The position numbers and the translations under genes were made by a program. Shown here in pieces: positions 35,661 to 47,800 of a DNA stretch of 64,000 nt. This stretch comes from Mytilus edulis. Its lineage: Eukaryota. Location of the stretch: contig NC_092348.1 in the NCBI RefSeq assembly GCF_963676685.1, positions 80,848,001 through 80,912,000 on the forward strand, given 5' to 3'. Numbering within the stretch: the stretch's first letter is position 1; every line of letters begins with the position of its first letter. A model generated the notes under the pieces. That model saw nothing but the letters and a program-made list of their open reading frames with translations, ran no database searches and was not told the DNA's origin.

Positions 35661-37279
35661 TGATATATATATATTATGTGTCATTTATCTCTTTCTTTAT
35701 TTTTAATGTAATTCTTTATACTTTAGCCTATTAGTTGATACTTGTATACCTTTTTCCCCCAATGTTTACTTATTTTTCTCTGTCCATTTTTATTTTTATT
35801 TATTCTTTATGCTTTGGTTTATTATTCTTTGTTCTGTAGACCATCGCCCAAACCCTCATATACTTTATTAATGTTTAATTTATATTCGAAACACAAATGA
35901 AATTTTCAAACAAATTACTAGATATTCAAATTTTACTATTTTTCAGTAGTGTAATAAAATTTCATTTGTTAGTCCGTTGTACGTATTACTACAGCCTTTT
36001 GTCATCATATGCTGTTCTTAGTATCGATAAACATGAATTCATCAACGGAATTTCTTAAATTAAAAAAAAGAAATGAAGGTATTGGTTTTATAAGCTTCTC
36101 TAGTATATTCAATGATTCCATCAACCATAGCCAATTAACTTCAGATTTTGATAATACAAAACCACCTGTTATTTCTTATATTGATAGATAACAGATTTGT
36201 TTTAACTGTTCATCAGACGTCAATATAGAAAATAATGTTCCTTCCACTTGAGACTGTGAAACTTATAGTTTTAGATATGTTCCCTATGGTCATGTCAATA
36301 CAGGAGACCTCAACATGTTTATTAAGAAATGACCTTAATATCGTTCTCTATCTATAATAGATTGGAAACAGTGTCATCAGGTCATTAACACTTCGTCTGT
36401 CTACTGTTCAAATTGGGCTAAACGTGCAAAATCTACTAAAAGTCAGTAGATAGATATTTGAATAAAATTATGAATACTGTATATATTCATAAAACTAATT
36501 TTGAAAACAATTCTAAAGTTAATAATAGGATAATGATCTACCTATTTCCAGAATAAAAAGTAAACTTTAAGTAATCGCAAAGCAGTTTGTATCTACCGAC
36601 ACACATACCAGCCAAAAATGTAGTGTCATGTGGTGTGAGGAATATACTACACAGAAGTCCTCAAAAACGATTTTTCGTCTACATTCAGGTCCGTAGGCTT
36701 TACAGAGGGTCAAATTGATAACAAGCTTATCACTGTCACTATCCAGTTTAAAGCTTCTTCCGAACATTTGAAAGTCTCGACTGACCTAAATTACACAAAC
36801 AAACATTTATCTTTCGTTTCCTCTTCGCATCTAGTACCTGTAAGTGTTCTATTACTAATTTGTCAGTGCTTCTAACTACCTCCCTTACTCCTATCAGAGA
36901 ACTTGTTATTTACTTTTGCAATAAAGATTATGAAAAAAATGGTATTAATTATTTTTGGAGTGATAAAAATTATTTAGAGGTTTAATGTAAAATACATGCT
37001 TTTGATGGTCCTTTTATTCTGATGACAGCTATGATATTTCTACTCTCTACACTACACTACACTTCCATATAGTCTTTTTCACATTTCAATAGATAGTCTT
37101 TAACGAAAAAGGGAAGTATGCTAGATATACTAACTGGAAATGCTAAGAGTTGGTTGAAGCTTTAAATATCCTCTGGACAAGATGTTAAGAGATATAAAAT
37201 GAAGTTCGAATGCCAATTAGTCAACTCTTCATACATGTCCATATGATAGTGAACATATATATATATATATATATATATA

Positions 37280-38060
37280 TGATAAAAGTGAGAATTGAAA
37301 TGGGGAATGTGTCAAAGAGACAACCAACCAACCAACCAACCAAAAGAACGGAAAACAGCCGAAGGCCACCAATGGGTATTCAATACAGCTAACAAATCCC
37401 GCGCCCGAAGGCGTACTTCAGCTGGCCCCAAACAAAAACTAGTGTACTAGTTCAGTAATTATGGACATCATACTAAACTCCGAAATATATAAAAGAAACT
37501 GAAATGAAAAATCTTACAAGACTAACAAAAGCAAGGGGCTCCTGACTTGGGACCGATGTCAGCATAGGTAACAAAAGAAACTAAACAAAATGACAATAAT
37601 ACAAACATTAAAAAATGAATACTAGCAGTTACTGACAGGCAATCTTGACAATTAAAAAGATGATGTCGTCTTCATATGAATATCAAGCACAATCCATCCC
37701 GTTAGGGGTTTAGTATCATACCATCATAAATTACATGAGAAGAACATAATCCGTATCATGCCAACAACTGATTTCAAAATAAATGTGTTTATTTCCTATG
37801 CAAAGACCCTATGAGTGAACCAATATTGATACAAATATATGAAATCCTTAATGACTTGACAACAGTATCGTAACTATATCCTTTCCGAATAAGTCTGTTT
37901 AAAGGTTTTGTTCGCTTTTGAGGTGAATACCAACATTTTTTGTACTTTGTAAAGAATATTACCATAAAAGATTGGATGTGAAATACCTGAACGTACATGT
38001 ATAAGATGTCTGCATGTTGATTTGTGTTTCGTTATGATGTCCTTGTGCCGTAGATAAAAT
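37280..38060 (-). mobile_element. Retroelement 3' fragment (Penelope-like C-terminus plus dispersed tail repeat)
   Basis: The tail repeat AATGGGGAATGTGTCAAAGAGAC is shared with 22605-23040/25686-25830 and 46250-46640. The adjoining ORF remnant reads KPLNRLIRKGYSYDTVVKSL. Confidence 0.45.
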
Positions 38061-39659
38061 TTGGTAAATGGTTTGACTATTCAAGCTGTGATATCGAAAA
38101 CCCTGGCGTAATAATTGTTCAGTAGTACATAGATTTATTTCGTTAAAATCTTAAACGTTGTTACATACACGAGCAAATTGTACAAGTTAAGATTAAACAC
38201 GATAAGATGCTAAAAATGGATAATTAACAATATGAAATGAAAAATCATCTCTTTTATCTTAAATTGTGGTCTTAATCTTCCCGTTAATTATATAGATCAA
38301 AATCCATGAAAGGGCAGTGGTCATTATTAGTATTAGCTTTCTTTAAAGTAGGATAAACAGGATTATTGTTTTAGTGTACATACTCAAGTCGTCATTATTG
38401 AGAGCCAATATATCATCCCAATATCTAAAAGTATTATTTAATATTTTGGTATTAGATGTATTTTCGATTGGTCTTTGTTGATTTTAGTCATAAATTCTAA
38501 CTCATGATAATACAAAAAATTAACGATATACGGAATCTCCAAATCGAACAAAAATTTTATCTAGTAAAAGTTCAAGGGCAGTTATAGTATCAGAGCATGT
38601 CCAATTAACATAGTTTTTTGTTTGTTGTTACTGAAAAAATACCTAAAAGAGTTTGAACTTTGAATTCAATCAGGTGTGATTTTTTTCTTAATCAGAATAC
38701 GAGGTAAAGTGGTATATAGAGTAGTAAAATCAAAACTTTGAACAGATTCAAATCACCAATATTAGCATGCAATTTATCTTGGATAATACTTTCTTGATAT
38801 TTTTTTTTTAATCTATTATTCATATTCCAAGAAACACAAATGTATTTTGACAACCATTTATGATTAGATGAGCATTGGCTAATGGTCATATTATATACAT
38901 GTACCGACGTTACTAAGGAGTGTTTTGCTTCTTAGAATCCTTGTCGTCTATGCATGTGTGGCTTTCTCAGTTGCTGTTTAATTTGTGCTTTACAAGCTGT
39001 TGACCTAATGTCATCTTTTAAAACTATTTGCAAAAACTATTTACTCGAGAATGATTAATAGATACCTGATCAGTATTTAAGGGTATCATGTTTTTATTGC
39101 AACTTCGTTTTGACAACTGAAAGCTGCAATCCTTCAAAGCTCAAATGTAAATCAATGAACCACCCAAAATTATTTTGTTTCTTAACCGTAAAAACATGCG
39201 GAAAGAGAACTAGGAATTTCCGAATGCTAGTAAAATAAGTGTTTGAACAACTCCAGTGGAATATTTCAAGGCACTTTGGCAGTGCAATAATAAACTTGCA
39301 AAATTAATATTTATGTTTTATTTTTCATGTATCACAATTTCACAATAACAATGCATTGAATTTTACAATTTTTATCAGAATTGTAACAGTATACAATTTT
39401 TTCTTCATTTCAATACATTACAGTTCACACGATCTTTAGATGCTTCTCAAATAATCACTGGTTTCTTAACTCTTTTAGTTTCTAGTTTATCGACCGAATA
39501 AACCATTGCCATTGTTGTTGCTCAAAAGAAGAAGCAAGACGAAAAACATCACTAAAATAAAGAAAATGTTACAATTAACATTCATTATTCAAATCAAATC
39601 AAATCATTGTATTTCTTAATAAAGGGCCCTTAACTATTAAGAATTTATAGGTAGTTTGT

Positions 39660-39895
39660 CGGATTTGCAATAAGATAAGCAACACGACGGGTGTCACATT
39701 GAGAGCAGGATCTGCTCACTCTTCCGAAACACCCGATTTTTGGTTGGATTGGTGTTGCTTTGTTTTTAGTTTTCTATGTTCTATCTTCTGTACTTTTATT
39801 TGTCTGTTTGTCTTTTTTTAAAGCCATGGCGTTGTCAGTTTTTTTTTTTAATTTATGAGTATGAATGACCCTCTTGTATCTTTCGCCCCTCTTTT
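39660..39895 (+). repeat. SINE-like insertion specific to duplication unit 3
   Basis: Absent at the orthologous site of unit 2 (about 32005); an inverted relative lies at about 56300-56500. Confidence 0.6.
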
Positions 39896-40102
39896 TCAAT
39901 ATCTTAAAATATTTAGTATAATTTTGCCGCACAAGAAAGATATAGGCGATGAAATTTTAGAAGATTTAGAAATTCAAAGTATTATTCAAAGGCATACTTT
40001 TTTTTAAAGATATTAAATAGATAGAAAATAAGAAGATGATGTATGAGTGCCGATGAAACAAATCTCAATCCAAGTAAGAGCTTAACGTGAAAGATATATA
40101 CA

Positions 40103-40486
40103 CTAATATCTCATTGATGAAAACAAGAACTTACGGAGGCCTCCACCTTGTCCGAACAGACCACCGTCCATCCCTCCACCAATACCACCGGCCAAATCTC
40201 CACCATATCCACCGGCATATGGACCAGCAATAGCGCCTCCATAAACTGGGAGCGGTTGATAGTGTGTGATTTCGTCAACGTAACCTCCCTTCTTTCCATA
40301 TCCGGAGTATCCATGGTAACCACCTGATTTGCCATATCCTTGGTAACCTCCCATTCCGTATCCTTGATTACCATACCCGGACCATCCACCCTTCATGTAT
40401 CCACCTCCATTGCCGTAACCATCAGCACTCACACAGTTTAGGGCAAACAGACCCAAGACGGCGACAACGGCAAGTGTGGCTTTCAT
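40103..40486 (-). CDS. Secreted Gly/Tyr-rich protein, copy 3 (127 aa)
   Basis: Near-identical paralog ending GLRKFLFSSMRY; ATG at 40486 after the CAG acceptor. Confidence 0.9.
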   Translation of the reverse strand: MKATLAVVAVLGLFALNCVSADGYGNGGGYMKGGWSGYGNQGYGMGGYQGYGKSGGYHGYSGYGKKGGYVDEITHYQPLPVYGGAIAGPYAGGYGGDLAGGIGGGMDGGLFGQGGGLRKFLFSSMRY

Positions 40487-41101
40487 TCTGAAAATCAAAA
40501 ATTACCATCAAATTAAAAGTCATGCAACTTGTAAGGATATTTTATTTTTGCAACATAAAAACTATCAAAAACTGTCCCCTCCGTCTTTCTGTGTCGCTTA
40601 TGTTGTTAGTCGGACATTTTATTTCTTGGATAGCGGTGTTGTCTGCCTGCCTTTCAGATTTTCGCTTGTTATTTATTTCATGTTTTTTTTCACTATTTTC
40701 TCACTGGTTTAAATTGAAAAATATTACTCTAAACATCTTTATCTTTTTATCCTTTAAAATATACTTGAGAACTCAATTTTGTTTGAACTAATATTTTCTT
40801 CGAATTTTAAAAAGAACACAAAAACATCTTTGATAACATGACATTTCATGTTGCTGTTTAGCCCGAGGATTTATATATAGAACTTGTTAAAATACTTTTA
40901 ATTCTAGTAATATAATATATAAATATTGAAGAAAAAAATAAGAACGACTATACAATAAGTTTTTATTGTAATTTAAAAATGAAAATATTAAAAATTTTGA
41001 ATGATTATGAATTTACGTTTTTTTTCGAAATTTTGTTTGAATTGTTCATATGAAAAAAAAACCTTTGAAATGATTATTTACTAAAGCTGTCGTGGACTTA
41101 C

Positions 41102-41156
41102 ATGTTTGCTGGATGGGAACTCAGTGACATTACAGATAAACATTCTGGTATATATA
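41102..41156 (-). promoter_or_regulatory. TATA box and non-coding exon 1, copy 3
   Basis: Same TATA/Inr/GTAAGT arrangement. Confidence 0.75.
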
Positions 41157-44100
41157 CTAAAAATATTAATACGCAATTTGTGCTAATTACTACAACTTCC
41201 CCTATAATAGACATATAATGTTACAAATGAATTTCCACATTAAATTTTGTGTCTGTCTGGTCATTTATTACATACAGTGTCGACATGTAAATTCCATATT
41301 CAAAACAAGGAAAAAATGTAAAGAACGAAATGACTATTTCTAAATAATAATTATTTATTTGCAAAACAGACAAAAACCAATTTTGGTTATGACAAATACA
41401 TTGACAAAACAAAACATAATAAAACATAATGAAAACTTGACAATATTATAAGAGATATGATAAAAACAGTTATTGTTCTCCTTTCCTCAGTTCTAATGAC
41501 TCTTTAATAAAAGAAACAACTGCTTTTACATCATTCGGTGTTGATGGATTTAGTATAATCACGAGTTTATCAGTAAAATTAAGTGTATTAAAATTTACAT
41601 ATTTTTGTATATAATATTTTAGAAAGATTTCTCTTAATTTCTATATATTTTACAGTTAAAGAAAAAATGGAATTCATCGTCCAAGACATTACATATTTTA
41701 CATTTTCTTTCATTTCGTGGTATTTTGGTATATCGTCCAGTTTAAAAGTCGTGCTGTTTTATTACGATCTATAGTTCATATTTTCATATTCATGTTTTAT
41801 AAATAGATTTTGGAAAGTAATAACTTAAACTGATATAAACCTTTTCATTTGTTTCATCTAAGAAAGGATTAAAAATGAAAAAAGGAATGATTGAATATAA
41901 ATTATATTTTATTCAATATTTAGCATCATAATTGCTCTCTATTTAACATTACTGACATACAAACAACACTGCATATCAACTAAATACGAGTCAAATAAGC
42001 ACATCTTTTGTACATTTATATTGAAAATTTTCAAGTAAGTAAATTGTTTTCTATATTTAGTAAAAAAAAACATAGACAAGGGTCTGGGTAGTGGAACTTC
42101 ATTTTTAATTTTTAATATGACTTTTTTTTACACATATTCAAAAAAAAAATGTTATGTCATTTATCTCTCTAATTTCTATGTTATTTATCTCATATAATAT
42201 ATTGATAATACTGGTCAAACGGTATCCATATAGGATCACATAGACCCAAGTCAACTAGGAGTGTTAAACAGTCACTGCATTAGCAAAATATTTATTTAAT
42301 ACGCAAGTGTATGCGTTTCTTGAATAATTAGTATATTTTTAACACAATCACGTTCTGAAAAGGTGATGGACTTTTCGGGTTATTTAAATACGGTTTTTTT
42401 ATTAAACGTGTACACCAACGGTTTGAAAAAAAAACATACATTAAGAGTCTGTGTCGCTCACCTTGGTCTATGGGCATATCAAACAAAGGACACTCTCTAT
42501 GATTGTAGACGAGAAAAGACCATAACAAAAATCTCTATTTAGTTGAGCTTGTATTACTGATCTTGTATACAGCCTGTTTATTTTCTTTGACTTATTAATA
42601 GATCTTGCCTTGATGATCATTTTTTGTGATTTAGAGTGTTTATTTATCTATCATAATGAGACACAACTGAAAAAAGATTTCTCTCTAAATATTATAGTTA
42701 AACTTTTCATGATAAAAGACAAAAATGAAGAAAAAAATCGTAAAATTTGACATATTGGGTGATAACTCCTATACGAATTTATCTAACTGTTGTGAAGTAT
42801 ATAAATAGACAATTGGTGAAGCTCATTAATTTAAACATATTTTTTCCTTTCAGATTTTCTCTATTTATAACGGTTCAAATAATAATAGACAAAACTTGCT
42901 TTTTATCCCTATGTTCTATCTTTATCAATGACAGCCATGTTGGTTGGTAGACAGGGAGGGTTATCTAACATCTTTTTTTTTTAACTACATACCTTATTGT
43001 GGCCACGTTTGGTTACATTTTTCTCAGTACTTTCAGATAAGAAGATTTTTGTAAAAGATTACAAAAATTGGCAAAATTGACTATGAAGGACAATAACTAC
43101 TAAAGGGATCAATTGACCATTTTGGTTATGTTGACTTATTTGTAGAACTTACTTTGCTGAACAATTTTGTAGTTTATAGTTTATCTCTATCTATTATAAT
43201 ATTCAAGATAATAATCAAAAACTCTAAAATTTCCATAAATTTACCAATTCCAAGGCGGCAACCCAACAATAGGTTGTCTGATGCGTCTTAAAATTTCAGG
43301 GCAGATAGATGAACATTTTTATACGTTTCAGATTTGCTTTCTATGCTTTAGTTTCAAAAATATAAGCAAAAAAATGCATTTTCCCCCCATGTTCTATTTT
43401 TAGTAATAATGGCCATATTGCTTGTATAGGCGGGGTCATCAGATACATTCTGATACAAACTACACAACCCTGAATATGATTTAAGTATAGTTTGGTTTAA
43501 TATTGCCAAAAAGTTTCTGAGGAGAAATCAACATGCAGGTCTCGTTGATACGTCACACTTAATGAAAAAAGAAAAGAGAAAAGGGAAAAGGGAACATTCT
43601 GTCTTTCTTGTTGTGGGGATGTATAAGTACCCTGCCACGTTCGGTCTGGTTTTTTTTTATTAAGCCCTTTCCAAATGACTTTATACTTTGTTCTTATGTA
43701 ACTGTTACAGCATTGTCTAAGGATATTGCTTGCTTGATGCATTCAAGCTAGTTTAACCCTGTCACATCTGTATGTGTCTATCCAAAGACAGGAGGCAAAA
43801 TTTCAGTGGTAGTCGTTTGTTAGTGTATATCATTTTGTTTTTCGTTCATAATTTGGTAAAATCAGGCCTTTTGTTTTCTCGTTTGATTGATTTCATTTTT
43901 TCACTTCGAGGCTATTTATAGGTGATTCGTAATACGGCATAATTTTTCTAATCTTCTAATTTTTATCAGTTTAATCAAATTTTTGCAACAATTTAAAAAT
44001 GAAGCTATAGTATTCCAGTTAATTTTTATTTCCGCGGGCTTTCAGTCCAAATATTGGGATGTGTGAAGATCTTCACTTTCTATTAGGGTCGATTTAAGTA

Positions 44101-44426
44101 AGTAAATGAGAAAGACTTTCTAGTACGCTTTTCTTTCTACATAAACTGAGAGCCCTTTTTTCTGACTGAATGTTTTCTGACTTTCAATATTAGCTGTGAG
44201 TTGATGGGTTACATAATTACAAGTAGTCGTCTTTATTCGTATTACTTGAACTGCTCAAAAAGTAAAATGTTTGAAAAAATAAAACAGCCCACTTCTCATC
44301 TATGTTTGGATTTTACGTTGCATGTAATAAATAGCTCGAAAAATATCTCGAATTTCAGTCATAACAGCTGGTCTTAAATGTAAATAATCAAATATTATGG
44401 TTATAAAGCAAACAGTATTCATATCA

Positions 44427-44488
44427 TATAAAAGTATCTACAGCGTGACAAGGATCGACGTTTTAGAGACACTAGAACTTTGCAAAAG
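44427..44488 (+). promoter_or_regulatory. TATA box and non-coding exon 1 of the C-type lectin gene
   Basis: TATAAAA at 44427 and donor AAAAG|GTAAGT at 44488/89. Confidence 0.6.
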
Positions 44489-44867
44489 GTAAGTCATGAT
44501 AAATATTTTTTGATAAATCTTATTTCGTGTCGTTACAATGTTAAGAACAATATCAATGAGCAATAGGGGTTCAAAAACCTAGCATAATCAAAGTTGTTTC
44601 AGGCGCACAAGCGGGTCAAATCTGTTTTGAGGTTAGTAGGGCGGATCAAAACAATTCAAAACAATTGACTTGTTTTATTTATGCTACAAATTACTTTTTT
44701 AAAATTTTACTAGTTAGTTGCCGGATGCTTACCTTCACAAATCTACCCATGAAAATCTTCATATTTTAAACACTATATGCATTGCTTATGTCCCTATTTT
44801 TGTTCTTTCAGAAAACTATTTACGATTGACAAAATAACAATTTATTTCTGTTTTATACTTTCTAAGT

Positions 44868-47800
44868 ATGATTCTCTCTTTGGTACTTTTGATGGTGTTT
44901 TTGAACGAATTAGTTTCAAGTATTCCTTGTTTATCGAATGAGTCTAAAAAGGACTTTGATGTCGCGAGAAAAACTCTTGTAAAAGTACAGGAAGATCTCC
45001 TTCAAAGTCTAAAGGCCCTTAAGAATAACCACAAAAAGACAATCAAAACATTAGACAAGGAGATCAAAAATGCAATCACTAATATGGAGAAGACCATCAA
45101 AATGACAACTACAACATTGGAGAAACAGATTGGAACTTCTAAAGATATATTCACAAACGTGGAACAAAAGTTAAAAAAGTTGGAGGAAGATTTTAAAGTA
45201 CTCGGAAGAGACTTTCAAAGTAAGTATAATTTTATGACCGGGCTGAAGTACGTTCACTATTCACTATTCACTTTTCACTATTCAAAATTCATGAATAGTG
45301 AACTGTGTTTTTTTGCACTATTCACTATTCAAGTTTATGAAATTGAGTCAGATATTCTATTTAATTTAGAAATAAAGACATTTGGTATGATTGACAATGA
45401 GACAACTATCGATCATTCTAATGCAACCTCGATTGTAACGTTTATTGTAATTGTACGGAAGCGTATTAGGGACATAGAAAAAATAAAATTGGCAGTGAAC
45501 TTTTTTTTTCAAAGTCGAAATTTTGACTTTTCAAATCTCGAAATTTTGACTTTAACTTGAAATTTTGACTGTTCTAATCCCGAAATTTTGACATAAACTT
45601 GAAATTTTTACTTTCAAAAATCTTGAAATTTCGACTTTTTGAAAAGTCGAAATATTGACTTTTTTGAAACTCGAAATTTCGACTTACAAAAAGTCGAAAT
45701 TTTCACTTAAAACTCGAAATTTTCACTTTAAACTCAAAATTTCGGCTTTTTTAAACTCAAAATTTCGACTTTTTTAAAACTCGAAATTTTGACTTATTTT
45801 AAACTCGAAATTTCAGCTTATTTTAAACTCAAAATTTCGACTTTTTGTAAACTCAAAATTTTGATTTTTTTTTTTGAATCGAAATTGCGACTTTGATCTC
45901 TTTTAAAACTTTGATACTAGTATTCAAACACAGTTATTTCAATTTTAGAAGGAGTAGACATGGACGCAAATTATTAAAGCGTCATCAACACATTTTGTTC
46001 CATGTTTTAGTTCCCACGACACTGTCATAGAATCGTCATATCTGAGAACATTTAGCATCGCAGTTTCAAAGGCCTGTTTGGTTTCCCAATAGCAAGTTAC
46101 TGACTTTGCCTTGTTTAAACACTGGTAAATCAAGTAGCCAAAAATGCCATGCATATTCAGGACGACAAATGAGCTGCTCGGTTTTCTAGTTTTGTGAATT
46201 TTGAAATAAATAAATGGTTCTTTTTTCTGGAATATTGATTAAACTCTACAATAAAATTGAGAATGGAAATGGGGAATGTGCCAAAGAGACAACAACCCGA
46301 CCATAGAAAAAAAAAACAACAGCAGAAGGTCATCAACAGGTCTTCAATGTAGCGAGAAATTCCCGCACCCGGAGGCGTCCTTCAACTGGCCCCTAAACAA
46401 ATATATACTAGTTCAGTGATAATGAACGCCATACTAATTTCCAAATTGTACACAAGAAACTAAAATTAAAATAATATAAGACTAACAAAGGCCAGAGGCT
46501 CCTGACTTGGGACAGGCGCAAAAATGCGGCGGGGTTAAACATGTTTGTGAGATCTCAACCCTCCCCCTATTCCTCTAGCCAATGTAGAAAAGTAAACGCA
46601 TAACAATACGCACATTAAAATTCAGTTCAAGAAAAGTCCGAGTCTGATGTCAGAAGATACAAGTTGACATTCTTATAACACAACTATTAACCCTTGTCTT
46701 TATATATTAGATGTTGAATAAAAGTATGTCGTAACATGGGTGTATCGGAATAACAGGGTTGTCTTGATACACATATCTGAAGTCCAGACTTGAAATATGT
46801 ATTTGAACGTGAAACATATTTTATTTATTCTTCGACAAGAACAAGATTTTCTATCTATCATAATGGTTAAGTTTATTAAAATGTGCTTATTAAGTTTATG
46901 ATGTATATGGCTCTCCGCTTGCTGATATAAATGACTGTGAATTTGGTAATCGCAAACGTATAAATACTTAGGAAAAGTCGAAATTTTGAGTTAAAAACCA
47001 GTCGAAATTTTGAATTTAAAAAAAAAGTCGAAATTTTGAGTTTAAAAGAAGTCGAAATTTCGAGTTTAGAAAAAACCGAAATTTCAAGTTTTAAAAAAGT
47101 AGAAATTTTGAGTTTAAAGTCGAAATTTCGACTTTTTATAAAGGCAAAAAATTTCGAATTCTAAAAAAGTCAAAATTTCGACTTTTTGAAAAGTCGAAAT
47201 TTCAAGATTTTAGAAAGTCAAAATTTCAAGATAAGAAAAGTTAAAATTTCGAGTTAAAGTCGAAATTTTAAGATTTGAAATGACAAAATTTCGACTTTGA
47301 AAAAAAAGTTCACTACTACTTTTATTTTTTCTATCTACCTAATACGCTTCCGTATAATTGTATATAAAGTGAATATAAACAATAAGCCTATATATGGGTC
47401 AGTGTATGACCTGCAACAATGACTGAAAACCCCATACCGTATAGTCGGATATAAAAGGTTCGACATAAAAAAAAAAGTGAAAATATTCAAACGTGGAAAC
47501 TTACTAATTGTTTTGTTAAGGAGAAATTTTATTAAAATATCTTTTTTAACTTTATAAAAATAACCAGAACAGAGTACCAAGATAAATAAACTAATACATG
47601 TCGGAAACATATGACACGAGCATGACTGAAAGAAAGTCCATATCAGTACAAAGTAAAAGAAAGAGCTATACAATAGCGGTCTTTTCAGAATACATTTTCA
47701 ATGTCTATCCGTATTTGTTTTCTATAAGAATGAATTATTTATAATCTATTAATGAAGAAACCAAATGGCACAAGTATAATGGTCACTGCTACTACTACAG

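Larger units (their letters stand above)
15090..42270. repeat. Three-unit tandem segmental duplication (units start about 15090, 30470 and 38815)
   Basis: Collinear anchors include TTCATATTTCAAGA(T/A)ACACAAATGTATTTT at 15096/30474/38819, CATTGCCATTGTTGTTGCTCAAAAG at 16381/31849/39504 and AACCATAGC at 20217/36123. Confidence 0.9.

Noticed and set aside
45220-45560. C-terminal half of the 230-aa ORF 44868-45560
   Set aside because: It is read-through past the GTAAGT donor into intron and transposon sequence.
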